DNA of 63,952 nt, the filler included, from Squatina squatina (lineage: Eukaryota), in assembly GCA_031763465.1 (NCBI GenBank). It is 4 parts of 3 records of this genome, joined end to end, with 100 filler letters (N's around TTAATTAATTAA, not from the genome) between each part and the next. Parts side by side here need not be neighbours in the genome. Positions count along the whole stretch, not along the records: positions 1 to 19,569 come from JARFOE010000168.1; positions 19,670 to 38,568 come from JARFOE010000192.1; 2 more parts are not named here. One strand, given 5' to 3'. The notes beneath the pieces are model-generated. The model did not search any database, was not told the origin of the DNA, and saw only the letters and a list, made by a program, of their open reading frames with translations. A program made the translations under genes and the position numbers. Below are positions 11,906 to 25,390 of the stretch, piece by piece; position 1 is the first letter of the stretch; the number at the start of each line of letters is the position of its first letter.

Positions 11906-14900
11906 CTACATACAATACAAACATGGAATAAGACAGCCAGAGATTATCGTACCCTATTTCTTTCCCTAGTTTCTCTAATTACAATATAAGCTGCTGGTAG
12001 CACACTGATCCATACAGAACAACTTGAACTGAGTCCAGAATAAAGCACTGCAACCAAGTCAAAAGATAGCTACAGTTTCTGTTTTCCTTCCTTCTATTTC
12101 TTGTCCCAGTTGTCTATGCAATTACAGTGTAAATTGCTTACAGTGCACTGATCCACCCAGACCTGCATGTTTTCCCATTTTCCCTGATGTCTACTGTAAT
12201 CAGACAAATCAGGTCAGCCATGGAACTAGACATTGAAGTCTGGTTGAGAAGTGTGAAAACAACAAATTCTAAGCCAAATCTCCCTGAAGCTACGTACAAA
12301 GCAAGTGCTAGGTACCAACCTCCCTTATTCATCCTCTCTGATGTTTCTCTGTCTGCACACAATGAGGCTGGAATGCAACTAACTGCCAAGTGTTTGTGCT
12401 CCAGTGAGACCTTAGCTCAACCGAACCCAGTACAAGTGAGCCTCCACTCATCGGCCTTCCCCAAAACAGCATTTTCAGTCAGACTGTTGTGAGCTGATTT
12501 ACTCCAATGGAAGATGCTTGTGGAAAGAAAGAGCCACTGACGTTCCAGATGGCATCACTAAGTCAAAGCAGCTGGCCCGAACTGGGTCGTGCACAAAGTA
12601 GTGTATGTCTGGAGAAACTGATAATCTTGTCTGAACAAACTTGCACATTAACATGCTTGGCTTATGAGGACGTGGTTTATCCAGTTACCTCATCGTAAGA
12701 ACAAAGCAGGCCCACTGCAGGTGGACTACACAATGTCCATTGCAAAANNNNNNNNNNNNNNNNNNNNNNNNNNNNNNNNNNNNNNNNNNNNNNNNNNNNN
12801 NNNNNNNNNNNNNNNNNNNNNNNNNNNNNNNNNNNNNNNNNNNNNNNGGTGGTGATTGAAGCAATAATGTTGGCCTGGATGTCAGAAGAATTCCCTTCTC
12901 ACCTTCTCGCCCTGTGATTTTTTACGTCACCTGAACAGACCAAGATTTGGAATCTCACTCAAAGGATGGGACCTCCGACAATACAGCACTCCAGGATCAG
13001 CGTAGATTATGTGCTCAAATCCTAGAGAGGGTTTTGAACCCGCAATCAGTTTTGGTTTACTGGTGCAGATCTGGCACATATTGGAATAAAATTAAGTCAG
13101 ACAATAATTGAGAGTGGCTAAAATCTACATAATCAATATTCACTTTTTAGTTGACTGCTGTATTTGGTCATGAGTATTTGAACATTTTTATTCACTGCCA
13201 TATTTATTGGTTACATTAAGGCAAATAATTTATGATCAGTTTTAGCTGNNNNNNNNNNCTGAGCTATTATCCATAGAGTGATATAATTTAATCAATTTGG
13301 CACTAAAAATAGTTACAGTATTTATATTCCAATAACTGATGTACTGACCTGTACTTAAAATAACTATTTTCTGAGGGTTAAATTTTACACTGCATTACAT
13401 TTATATTATGGTGTACATTTTAATCCTTAGGAAATTGTTCCTTAACATATTGGTCAGAAATTCAGTTACTGATACTATAACTCTATTCCTAAAAATAATA
13501 GAATACTTTTTACTCCNNNNNNNNNNNNNNNNNNNNNNNNNNNNNNNNNNNNNNNNNNNNNNNNNNNNNNNNNNNNNNNNNNNNNNNNNNNNNNNNNNNN
13601 NNNNNNNNNNNNNNNNCAATGATATTATATAACAAATACAGGACACAACTAAAAGGCAAGTTATAAAGCTGAAAACTGGTTGTGCAAAGTAAAAATACCA
13701 TGTACCACTACATGACCTGGTTATGCTGTTTATGTTTCAGTTCTCTTGTTCAATGGTTTTATGCACAGAATACATTCTCTTCCGTCTCCAATTTTCTGCC
13801 CTTCTGAGAACATTAATTCAGATTTTGGCATATGAATGGCATCCATCATCTAGCATTTAGCTCATTCTTTTTGTGCAAGCTTGGAGCCTGTGTAGACTGG
13901 CATTTCTCCATAGGAGGAAATCACACTAAACATTAATATATATTATGGCACTGTCCATTTCCACTTCAGTAGGGCGAGCTTGCAATTGTTCAAAATTGAG
14001 ATTTTAAAGAATACTTTTTTCAAAATTAAAATCTCTCAATGTGATTCTTATTCACAGAATTAAACTATGACAAAAATGTTTCTCCAAATAAAAGGGACAG
14101 CTATGGGCAAACTAATGAAACTGTCGATATTATAGAGATGAATTACGTTCGTACCAAGAGCCCTGAAGAGTACTAAAGAAGCTTGCATATTAGCAGTGAA
14201 TAGTGATCACGTCTATTCAGGCAATAACCAGGCCTAACCGTGCTTACTTTCTGGAGTCAGACTTGATTATGTACTTTAAGCGTGCAAAGACTGTTAGTAA
14301 ACAAGCCACTACTGAAATTTGAAATGAATTTAAAGGAATCAGATCAGTTCACAGGATAAATCACTAGACTGTAAGACTGATCTACAGAATCAGAAAGAGA
14401 TCAGTCTCACAGTTAAATACGAAAACAGTGAAGCACATTACTGAATAGAACTGATTACAACTTATATAAAATTGTTTTCAATGTTTTGAAATGAAATGGC
14501 AATTATTTGTGAAATGTAAAACCATTGAAATTTGATCTCATATCTTCATAGGTTTGAATCCGATCATAAGCCACTGTTCCAATGTGCCTGAAAGATACAT
14601 GAAATATACATGAGCTGGGACACTTCACACTGCATCACATGAGAGAGGATCCCGTCTGATTAAAAAGCTGACAGTCTGGCTGCTGGCTTATGCCAGGGGT
14701 CCAGCTCAAGCAGCTAAATCAGTTTTCCAGATTTACCTCCAACAGACCAACACTTAAAGCAGTCTAAATCAGAGATTATGAAGTCCAATAAAGCCCAGTG
14801 GAGCCCCAACACACAGCAGTACATAACAATGTGATAAAGATTTGATCTCACTCTGCACCAAATCTGATTATCATCTTTGCCATCTGGGGGGCGGGGGGCG

Positions 14901-15177
14901 GAGAAGAGATTTTAAAAACACACAGGAAAAATGATTTCATTCCCACTTGTCCGTATCTTCTGGAGAGCAGTACAGAGTGGAATAGTGGAGGCCTAGAAGC
15001 AGGGTGCTCAGCTGCTCTCAGTCACCCGTGTTTGGCTCGGAGAGGTCGCATAGAACCAAAAACTAAAGGGGGTAAATATTTTCCAAAAAAAGAAAAAGTA
15101 GTAAACTGAAATACATTCAGCATGCTTCTCAGCTGAAGATGAAAAAGTATCAGAGAAAACAATTCAAAGAGAAAGAA

Positions 15178-15248
15178 TACAAACAAAAATTGCTGGAAAA
15201 ACTCAGCAGGTCAGGCAGCATCTGTGGAGAGAAAAACAGAGTCAACGT
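15178..15248 (-). mobile_element. Penelope-like element terminal repeat fragment
   Basis: Same sequence as 52036-52138 (GCTGGAAA..CAGCAGGTCAGGCAGCATCTGTGGAGAG), truncated by a gap where the ribozyme motif would begin. Confidence 0.6.
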
Positions 15249-15352
15249 NNNNNNNNNNNNNNNNNNNNNNNNNNNNNNNNNNNNNNNNNNNNNNNNNNNN
15301 NNNNNNNNNNNNNNNNNNNNNNNNNNNNNNNNNNNNNNNNNNNNNNNNTTAC

Positions 15353-15512
15353 CTGTATTCACTAGAGAATGTTGTGATAGCTGTATCATTTCGTAACCAT
15401 TTAAACTCAAGTGGCCAACTTCCCTCTGCCAGGCATGTTAAGACCAGACGATTCCCCTCCAAGTGAACCTGTGGCGGCCCTGGCTCAGTCTTAAAATATG
15501 GTGGAACATCGT
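15353..15512 (-). CDS. SDK1: Sidekick-1 exon encoding the start of Ig domain 1 (160 nt)
   Basis: AG/GT bounded; [53 protein letters not shown]. Confidence 0.92.
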
Positions 15513-17125
15513 CTGAAAGAGAGAATGGACATATTGTAAACTTGTACTGTGACAGAAGTAATACTATTATATTACTATGAACACATTGCATTCAGTTCAG
15601 ATCGACAGGCCCTGTGGACCTCTTAGTAGTGGATTATGGTAAAAGTTCAACAACAGCATTCAATAACAATCTTACTAATACGATCAAATACTATAAAAAT
15701 GAGTGTGCTCATCCAAGTCTATCTGTTTCCAGACACCACATTTATGTGCAGTAACCACATGACTGTTAATGTATTATTCATCACGTGGTTACGAGGAGCA
15801 ATTAGATGCATGCTCCGCTCCCTGACCTACCGGGTGCCCTGTGTTGTGCTCAAAAGACTCAACGATAGAGCCGCTGTACACAAGTTTAAAAATAGCCCCC
15901 ATCATTTCACAGCCGCTTTCCATCCCAGCCCCAGGTTCTTTAGGCCCCTCTTCACAACTCCATTCCAGGTCCTACACCTCCNNNNNNNNNNNNNNNNNNN
16001 NNNNNNNNNNNNNNNNNNNNNNNNNNNNNNNNNNNNNNNNNNNNNNNNNNNNNNNNNNNNNNNNNNNNNNNNNNNNNNNNNGGAAAAATATTTCCTACAG
16101 TTAATTCTCTCCTTCAATTCCTGGCATGGTTAGCTTATGTCAGAACAATCCCATCTTTGGTCATGACTTCATTCTTTTTATAACTGTAATTATCTACAGG
16201 GAGCATTTTGTAAGAATATTTTTAAAATGTATAAGGTCATTACTGGGTGAGGTCTGAAATCTGGGAATAGGCCGGGATGAGCCTGGCAGTGTTCCCATGT
16301 TCCAAGTTCAGAAACTACTGTCAATTGATGAAGAAATGTTGTTGGAGAGGGATGACTGCAGCACTGACCAACCAGAAGGGTTGCGACTAATTTATGACCT
16401 GATTTCATAACTTGGTCCTTTAGATTAATAATAATCAGTCTGCAGTTACAGGCAAATCAATTTTGCTATAAACAGTGTCAGGAGCAGCATACAAATTAAA
16501 CCAAATGTTCAAGTAAACTGACACTGAAATTTATTAAGCCATCATAATCACACCATCAATCAGATTAGAGTCCAGCAGCAGAGGGATTAGAAACATCCGT
16601 GTGAATGGTACAATCAGCCACAGCAGCTCGCCCCACAGTATGCAGATGATGCCCAAGGACCAATTTCTATTGATTTTGACTTGGCCCCAGACTAATTTCG
16701 AACCTGGCGATTTGAAATCCAACCATGTCAAGTTGTAAAACTGAATTCAATAAATTTGGGCCAGCACTCCTGCTCCAACCCAGCTCCATAATCAGGCAAG
16801 TACTCTTTAAAAGAAACATCACCTATTTTTTGGTGGCAGCTTCCAGCAGTCCAGTTCAGGACCTCTGGTTAGACCGCACATAGACATGGTTATCCTGAAC
16901 AAGGCAGGCCCGGCATATTGCAACGGTTGAACACATGCTTCACACACGGGCTCCGGACGCCCAGACCAATATGGTGGGGAGTGCATAGAAACATAGAAAC
17001 ATAGAAAATAGGTGCAGCAGTAGGCNNNNNNNNNNNNNNNNNNNNNNNNNNNNNNNNNNNNNNNNNNNNNNNNNNNNNNNNNNNNNNNNNNNNNNNNNNN
17101 NNNNNNNNNNNNNNNNNNNNNNNNN

Positions 17126-17620
17126 GGCCATCCCTGGACCACCAGGGAGCGGGGTGCTGTGGCAGCAGCCCGGCACACAAGTGGAATGTTGGGCTGCAAG
17201 AACATGTCATGGACTCCGCGATCAAACTGGAAGAAGGCAGCGACCAGTAAGTCGCCCATTTTTTAAAAATTGTGAATGTAGCACCTCCCCTTTAATTTTC
17301 ACCCCGTGAGCAGCCTACAGCTGGGTACACACCCCTTGAAGCTGTCACGGGCATCGCCCCATGCAGTTTCAGGGGATGTGACCGAATTTTCGCTCCAGGG
17401 CGAAAACGTGTCATCACGGACCACATCATCATCATGCGCAGTGGAGCGGGGTGGGGCGTTACCGGTTGGAGCGGGGCACTACCGGTTACCACCACTGCTA
17501 AACTCCCACGGAATTTAGCGGGAATTGTTAGCGGCACCACGCCCGGGCAAAAAGTCATTTGCACCCCATTAGCAGGAGTGCTAACGGGAGGTGCAAATGA
17601 CCTGAATTTCAAGGCCTAAG
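17126..17620. mobile_element. GC/CpG-rich non-autonomous repeat family (probably Harbinger-derived)
   Basis: Shares CTGG(A/G)CCACCAGGG with copies at ~26453 and ~49633; ends resemble GGGC..GAAATT-type termini. Confidence 0.45.
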
Positions 17621-19569
17621 GGTTCAAATGCATCATTCCCTGTAAGCGCGAGTACAGATAGATAAAGTGATAAAAAAAGCCATCAGCATTTTAGGTTTTA
17701 GAAATAGGGTCACAGAATACAAGAGTAAAGAAGTAATGAGAAATGTATGGAAAACTTTGATAAGGCCATAGTTAGAGTACTTACTGTGTGCCCATTACAG
17801 AAAAGACATTGAAAGCATGGAACACATATAATGTAAATTTGTCAGGATGATGGCAAAGGTAAGAAACTATAGTTATAAGGAGACACTTCAGATATTAGAA
17901 TTGTTTTCACTAGAGCAGAAAAGGCTAAGAGGAGATTTAATAGAAGATTTTTTTAAATTATGAATGGCTTCTATAGAGTAAATAGGAAGCGATCTTTTCC
18001 TTTGGTTGGTGGTAATTTAAAACTATCACGAAGAGAGTGAGGAGAGGGATTTGGTGACATTTCTTTTACAGAGTATTGTTGCAGCATGGAATGATTTGTC
18101 ACTGGAGTGCTTGANNNNNNNNNNNNNNNNNNNNNNNNNNNNNNNNNNNNNNNNNNNNNNNNNNNNNNNNNNNNNNNNNNNNNNNNNNNNNNNNNNNNNN
18201 NNNNNNNNNNNNNNAGGCAGGAGGCAGCCATAGGTCAGGGGAGTTGGGAGGATGCAGAAGCAGGTTGGCAGAGTCAGGCAGAAAGCAGTAGCAGACCAGG
18301 AGCTGGCAAATCTACATTCGACCCCTTACTTCCAAGCCCCTAATATATGCCTTTTTTCCCAGGAATATTTGTGTGGCAACTTGATTATATGGTTATCTTG
18401 CTCATGGATGTAAAATCATTACTACTGCTCGTTAGAAAAGGATAAGCATTGTAAAAGTAACAGAAGATCTATGGGGTGTTGTATTACTTTGACCACGAGC
18501 CACCTTTAGTTAAATAGAAAGGACAGAATAATTCAGCAGTGTGAAATGGCTGCAGAATTCACACTTGGTCAAGAAAGATTGTGGAATTGAATAAGGCACC
18601 AGGAAACAAACTATTCTGCAGAGTTTCGGAATTGAGACTGCCTTTGCAAGGCAGTGATTCTTTGTAAGACACCAAAGTCAGATCATGTGTTATTTCATGG
18701 TACAGCCGATTCAGATTCCTTATTTACTTTGTAATTTACACTACAAACCATCAAACTACAGTTCGGAATGGATCCAAGTTTCTGCAACCACTCTAGTTTC
18801 ACATTTAGCAGTTACTCAGATCTACCCATATTTAATGCAAACACCCTTTACTTTTGTTAAACTAATTGCTTATAAACTCTTATTGGCATTAAGATTCGTA
18901 GCACACCAAAGCTTAAAAATATGGAGCAGATCACAAACAACCCGCAACCCTTACCCTGCAGAATAAAATTACAATCAAATTTCATCAATCACACTGCAGA
19001 AGTGAATGTAGCATTCTATTCGATAAACACCTTAAATCATATCTTACAGACAACTCACTCATAAGATTAGTCTATGATTAGTTGGTCCCTTAGCTGAGTT
19101 CATCGACAGGCTCACTGCATGGCAATAAGTCAAATTAAATTAATCCTGTGATTGCTAGTGCAGCTGCACTGCTATGCCAGGACATGCCAGCACAGTTGTC
19201 TATATCCAATAGTTTTGGAGATGCCATTAAATATACTGGTGTAAAACAAGAAGTGTGGAATATAGCTAAAATTGCACAATTTAAGTTCTCTCTTTTCACT
19301 GTCAGCTGGCACATTGTGCCATTGTGGTAAGTTAGAGCCTCTCTTCAAGATTACTCACAGGTTTCATATCAGCCAGTACCATTTGTGGTGGTGCAAAGCA
19401 GAGGCAAAGTGCTTCTTTTAAGGTAGGCAGAGCAACATTAGAAGGGTAAGTAAACCAGATCCATTCCTGTGTACCCCCAAGTAGCTGGTCTAAAACATCA
19501 CAATAAGTCACCTGCCCACCCTCTAAGAAGAGAACAGATGTATAGCAATAGCACCAGAGGACCTGTGTA

Positions 19570-19669
19570 NNNNNNNNNNNNNNNNNNNNNNNNNNNNNNN
19601 NNNNNNNNNNNNNTTAATTAATTAANNNNNNNNNNNNNNNNNNNNNNNNNNNNNNNNNNNNNNNNNNNN
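19570..19669. other. artificial scaffold linker N44-TTAATTAATTAA-N44
   Basis: A 12-mer giving stops in all six frames at 19614-19625, centred in 100 positions; gene content is unrelated on the two sides. Confidence 0.95.
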
Positions 19670-19852
<183 letters not shown>

Positions 19853-20555
19853 CTACGCAGAAACACAAAAAAAAACGAGAATCCAATCTATTATCAAACA
19901 TCCTACCACTGTGATAGGCCACTGGGGGCTGAACAGCCTCGTCCACCTGTTGGGATTAGTGCTTTCCACCTGAAAAGAAATCTAGATTGGTACCTGCTGA
20001 GAGAAAAATGTCAAGTTTTTCTTTTCAAATCTTCTCCCATTTCCTGGCCTGGATAGAACATACATTCCGATATCGTATTTTTATCCACTCATCCATTGTG
20101 GTAATAGGGGGGAAGAGGTGAAATTTTGTAAGCAAGTTGAAGAGACGCGCTTTTGTTCACTTATCCTATCCCGCCCCAGCTTCCACTCACCCATCACCCC
20201 TGTCCTCGGTCACCTACATTGACTCCCAATCCTCCCAATACCTACAAATTAAAATCTTATCCTTCATTGTCCTCGACCCTTCCTAACTCTGTATCTTTCT
20301 CCAGCCCAATAACTTTTTCAATCCCTACAACTATGAACTCTTGTGCGGCCCCCACCATTGGCGGCCGTGCCTTCATCTGCCTAGGCCCCATGCCCTGGAA
20401 TTCCTCCTTAAACCTCTCCGCCTCTCGTGGCCTTTCCAGGGCTGTGTGTCCTTTTTTTATTTTGGCCGTGGTCTGGCGAGGAATTCCGATCCCACTCGGA
20501 CAAGGATCGTCCGTTATGGGCCCCGGGATCCAGGGAGGGGCTTTTTGTTGGACAA

Positions 20556-20880
20556 GGCAGAAGCTGTTCCCATTGGCGGAAGGGTCGACAACCAGAGGAC
20601 ACAGATTTAAGGTGATTGGCAAAAGAACCAAAGGCGATATGAGGAAAAACTTTTTTATGCAGCGACTAGTTATGATCTGAAATGCACTGCCTGAAAGGGT
20701 GGTGGAGGCAGACTCAATCATGGCTTTCATTACGGAATTGGATAAGTACCTGAAATTTGCAGGGCTATGGAGAAAGGCTGGGGGAGTGGGACTGGCTGAA
20801 TTGCTCTTGGATACAGCTGACATGAGCTCAATGGGCTGAATGGCCTCCTTCTGTGTTGTAAGCATTCTATGATTCAATGA
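20556..20880 (+). mobile_element. CR1 LINE 3' end
   Basis: KLFPLAEGSTTRGHRFKVIGKRTKGDMRKNFF, followed by an ATTCTATG-type tail. Confidence 0.85.
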
Positions 20881-21968
20881 TTTAATCTAGACTCTCACTT
20901 TAGTCCAGTACTGAGTGAGTGCCAGGCCGTCGGAGGTGCTGTCTTTTTAATGAGGCATTAAACCGAGGCCCCTTCTGCTCTCTCAGGTGGATGTAAAACG
21001 ATGATACTATTTTGAAAAAGAGCAGGGGGAGTTCTCTCTGGTGTCCTGGGGCAAATACTTCTCTCTATGTCANNNNNNNNNNNNNNNNNNNNNNNNNNNN
21101 NNNNNNNNNNNNNNNNNNNNNNNNNNNNNNNNNNNNNNNNNNNNNNNNNNNNNNNNNNNNNNNNNNNNNNNNNNNNNNNNNNNNNNNNNNNNNNNNNNNN
21201 NNNNNNNNNNNNNNNNNNNNNNNNNNNNNNNNNNNNNNNNNNNNNNNNNNNNNNNNNNNNNNNNNNNNNNNNNNNNNNNNNNNNNNNNNNNNNNNNNNNN
21301 NNNNNNNNNNNNNNNNNNNNNNNNNNNNNNNNNNNNNNNNNNNNNNNNNNNNNNNNNNNNNNNNNNNNNNNNNNNNNNNNNNNNNNNNNNNNNNNNNNNN
21401 NNNNNNNNNNNNNNNNNNNNNNNNNNNNNNNNNNNNNNNNNNNNNNNNNNNNNNNNNNNNNNNNNNNNNNNNNNNNNNNNNNNNNNNNNNNNNNNNNNNN
21501 NNNNNNNNNNNNNAAGTGGATTTATATTGAAAGCCCTTCAGGCAATCCAAGATCAAAATCAAACTGAACTGCATCAACATAAAACAAACCATAACTCCAT
21601 TGAATGGATGCAAATGCTTCCCTCCAATCTCTAGCGGTTGCTAGGAATTGGATATAACGGATGTGCCCATATCGTATTATATAGTTGGGTCTGATATAAT
21701 GTAGGTTTTTGAAAGATCTTTTGGACGTTTTATATTTACAGTACATTCACAACACATGTATCAGACTGAAGTTAGGACTCCATTTGGCATTAGGTAGGCT
21801 TGAAGCAACATTTCTGAGAAGGCACATCTGCTCAAACAGCTGTACAGATAAAAATGAAGACCGTGTCAATGCATAGTTAAGCGTATCTGTGCCTCCCACC
21901 AAGTGTTAGTATTTACGCAGGCAACGCTGTTAATATGGTCATATAGCTACATATACGGTTGCCCTTAC

Positions 21969-22091
21969 CCTCATGCCTTCAAATCTGGACAAGGCTCGGA
22001 GCGGCCTCAATGCCCTCAGGGTCCTGAGAGATTTCATGGCAACACACTTGTCGTAACCAAGAGTCTTTGTTAAGAGGCAAACAACAGAAAT
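21969..22091 (-). CDS. SCN5A: Nav alpha subunit domain III S3-S4 exon, second divergent open copy (123 nt); candidate mutually exclusive exon
   Basis: CAG acceptor at 22092-22094 and GTAAG donor at 21968-21964; [41 protein letters not shown] with no stop, same length and phase as 19730-19852. It is not in the ORF track in this frame. Confidence 0.8.
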
Positions 22092-22244
22092 CTGTGCAGA
22101 TTGAATGGAATGGAATTGAATGGTTATCCACGTATTGTAGTAGCAAACTGTTAGGAAAATGTGGAGTCACAATGAAGGCCACATTGCAGCATTCAACAAT
22201 TAACAGAGTCTCTGGGTTAATTACTAATGCAGAAGCAGCCTGTG

Positions 22245-22585
22245 TTAGCTGTGGCTCAGTGGGTAACGCTCTCGCCTCTGAGTGGGAAGATTGTGGGTTC
22301 AAGTCCAGAGACTTGAGCGCAAAAACCTAGGCTGACACTCCAGCACAGTACTGAGGGAGCGCTGCACTGTCGGAGGTGCCATCTTTCAGATGAGACGTTC
22401 AACCGAGGCCCCGTCTGCGCTCTCAGATGGACGTAAAAGATCCCATGGCACTATTTCAAAAAAGAGCAGGGGAGAAATTCCCGGTGTCCTGGCCAATATT
22501 TATCCCGCAGCCAACATACAAAAAACAGATTATCTGGTCATGATAACATTGCTGTTTGTGGGAGCTTGCTGTGTGCAAATTGGCT
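22245..22585 (+). mobile_element. tRNA-derived DeuSINE (SacSINE1-like)
   Basis: Pol III A box TGGCTCAGTGG (22252) and B box GGTTCAAGTCC (22296); Deu-domain-like CCCATGGCACTATTT..AGAGCAGGGGAG..GGTGTCCTGGCCAATATTTATCCC. Other copies at ~20885-21072, ~54470-54850 (minus) and ~5460-5800 (minus). Confidence 0.75.
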
Positions 22586-23529
22586 NNNNNNNNNNNNNNN
22601 NNNNNNNNNNNNNNNNNNNNNNNNNNNNNNNNNNNNNNNNNNNNNNNNNNNNNNNNNNNNNNNNNNNNNNNNNNNNNNNNNNNNNCCTCTCACCTTGACC
22701 CCTGGGCTTACTCTTCATGGTTTCAGGTGGAGTGAGGCTGCTCTGTGGATCATTCCCTGTTTGAATGACCCTCTGGAGGAACTTTGCAGGCCCAGCTCTC
22801 AGGAGACAAGAGCAGCAAGAATGGGCTTGATGCACTGAACTGCCTTTCTTTCTGTGCTGAAAACCAAGGGGAAGTCACATTTGGAAATCAATACTGCAGG
22901 TCGGCATCGTGTTAATCTGACTTCATGGACACAGATAGTTGACTAGCCAACATTAATTGGGAACTTGATGGAGAGTCAAGGAAAGGGCAGGGACAGGAAG
23001 GCATCACATTATCACCGAAAGCCTCTTCTCAATTTGTGTGTCACTTTGAGCCTATTCATTGCTCCCGGGGTGGCAGCATTCATGCTGTTTAATGAGTCAC
23101 ATTATCAAATGCAGCCCCTGCCAAGAAACTGCCGAACCTGAGCCAAAGAAGGTGCTTGTTCTTCAGAGGGTTATCAAAGGAAGCAAACCTTCCCTTTTAC
23201 GGCTGCCCACCAGCCTCAATAACGTGACATTCAAGCGTTCGCTGGTGTGAGGCTGTGTTACTAAAAATACTGCTCTTTGTGNNNNNNNNNNNNNNNNNNN
23301 NNNNNNNNNNNNNNNNNNNNNNNNNNNNNNNNNNNNNNNNNNNNNNNNNNNNNNNNNNNNNNNNNNNNNNNNNNNNNNNNNGTCAATTGAAAATCTCAAT
23401 ACTGAGAACAGTAGATTTTTGTTAGGCAAAGAGGATTAAGGGTAACGGGACCAAAGCAGGAAAATGGAGTTAAGATCCAGATCAGCCATGATCTCATTGA
23501 ACGGCGAGACAGGCTCAAGGGGTTGAACG

Positions 23530-23709
23530 TATGGTGATCAGATCTTAAGATTGCCAAACCGGGACAATCAGTCTGTGCATGCGCAGTCAGGGCTCCGTCT
23601 CTCACTCACAAGAAACCGGGATATTTCAGCAGGTAGTTGTCGGGATACCGGGACGATTCCTGAAAAACCGGGCTAACACCCGGCAAAACTGGGACATCTG
23701 GTCACCCTA
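23530..23709. mobile_element. hAT (Tip100-like) MITE, short copy, nested in a CR1 3' UTR
   Basis: TIRs TATGGTGATCAGAT ... ATCTGGTCACCCTA; flanks GTTGAACG/GCTGAACA (degenerate 8-bp TSD); homologous to 32185-32481. Confidence 0.7.
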
Positions 23710-24354
23710 GCTGAACAGCCTTCTCCTCTTCCTATGCCGCTGCCTGTTGTTGAACTCAACATTTCATTTTGCCCCCTGGTCAGATCAAGTGCGAAAGGAA
23801 CTCTGAGTGCTTCCTGGCAGCAATAAAAGTTATGTCCCACTCAGTGTTGTTAAACAAACACAAATGGGAGCGAGGGCAGGAGACAGGCTCACATGACAGA
23901 AAGAACTCAATCGGCTAATGTTAAAGTGACTTCTCGAATATTGGCTTTCCGGTATTTACAAATAGCTTTGTTAGATTGTCAGTCCACAAAGTTGTCCAAA
24001 TGGATTGTGCGAAACTCAAGCTGCTGTGTGGGGTCCGAGCCAAGCTTTCCTGTGCCATATATTGAGTGGAGCAGGGCATTGCTAGCATAGCTATGTGAAG
24101 AAAAAACCCACAGTCCTCCCCTGTGTGGAGTATCAGCTGTGCCAACACAAGCCCAGTCTGTTAACATGCATCAGGGTTATGCAGTTGTGCTTAGATTATA
24201 ATTGTACCATAATCAATGGCGAACTATTTTTTTCATCCTCGTGGCCTGGAATGTGTCCTGTCACTGAAACCAAGGGCCAGACAAGGTGATGGCCTTCAGT
24301 TACTTTGATGCCGTGCAATCGCTGCCACGTCCTGAGCAGTGTTCTTCAGGGGTC

Positions 24355-24995
24355 AGTTCCTGCCGCCTCAAATCCTAACTCGCACCAAGTCCCGTTCACT
24401 CATCAACCCCTGTGCTCGCTGATCCACATTGGCTCCTGGTCTGGCAAAGCCTCAGTTTTAAAATTCTCATCGCTGTTTTCAAGTCCTTCCATGGCCTCGC
24501 CCCTCCCTATCTCTGTAACCACCTCCAGCCCTACAACCCTGCAACTCCTCCAATTCTGGCTTCTTGCGCATCCTTTGTAACCGTGACCATGTTGCGCGAT
24601 TCCCCCTCATCCTCCTTGACCTCTCCACAGACTTTGACACGGTCAACCGCGCCTCCCTCCTCCATTGACCCGCTCAGCGGCATGGCCCTCACTTTGCTCC
24701 ATTCTTACTTTTTTGATCGTAGCCAGAACATCTCCAGCCATGGCTTCTCTTCACACCCCTGCAATGCCACCACTAGAGTCTCCCAAGAATCCAACCTTGG
24801 CCCCCTCCTTTCCTTATCTACATGCTATCTCTTGGCGTGATCAGCCGCATATATGAGGTCAGCTTTCACATGTGTACTGACTACACCCAGCTCGGCCTCT
24901 CCATCACCTCTCTCGATCTCTCCAATTCCTCAATACTGTTAGACTGCTTCTCTGACATAGTTTTTGGATGAGTCAGAATTTCCTCCAGCCAAACA
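24355..24995 (+). mobile_element. L2-like LINE fragments
   Basis: LADPHWLLVWQSLSFKILIAVFKSFHGLAPPYL is an L2 C-terminal signature; it is followed by degraded RT motif sequence. Confidence 0.65.
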
Positions 24996-25107
24996 TTTGT
25001 AAGAGTANNNNNNNNNNNNNNNNNNNNNNNNNNNNNNNNNNNNNNNNNNNNNNNNNNNNNNNNNNNNNNNNNNNNNNNNNNNNNNNNNNNNNNNNNNNNN
25101 NNNNNNN

Positions 25108-25390
25108 CCCACATGGTTTCGATCCACTCGCCGCACAGAACCCGAAACACGATGAGGAAAGAGTGGAAGAAGTCGTACATGTGCCAACGTGGGAGCGTGC
25201 ATTTGCTGGATATCCTGCAAACGTTTTTGCTGTAGTCTTTGCCAAAGAGTTGCATCCCAACCACCGCGAAGATGAAGACAATGATGGCCAGAACAAGGGT
25301 CAGGTTGCCCAAAGCGCCCATCGAGTTACCAATGATCTTAATCAGCATGTTCAGGGTGGGCCACGATTTGGCCAGCTTAAAGACTCTGAG
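25108..25390 (-). CDS. SCN5A: Nav alpha subunit domain II exon (S4 end, S5, pore loop), 3' end in gap
   Basis: CAG acceptor; [51 protein letters not shown]...[28 protein letters not shown], including the DEKA filter glutamate. Confidence 0.9.

Noticed and set aside
12138-12698. ORFs between the two SDK1 exons as the missing SDK1 exons
   Set aside because: No Ig-domain or SDK similarity in the translated frames.
19614-19625. TTAATTAATTAA palindrome recurring three times (also 38613 and 50908) as a possible regulatory or recombination site
   Set aside because: Always centred in exactly 44+44 Ns; it is a synthetic six-frame-stop linker.
21012-21634. Long ORFs here and at 36913-37908
   Set aside because: Made almost entirely of X from N gaps.
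22245-22310. tRNA gene
   Set aside because: The A and B boxes lead straight into a SINE body that is repeated elsewhere; no full cloverleaf.
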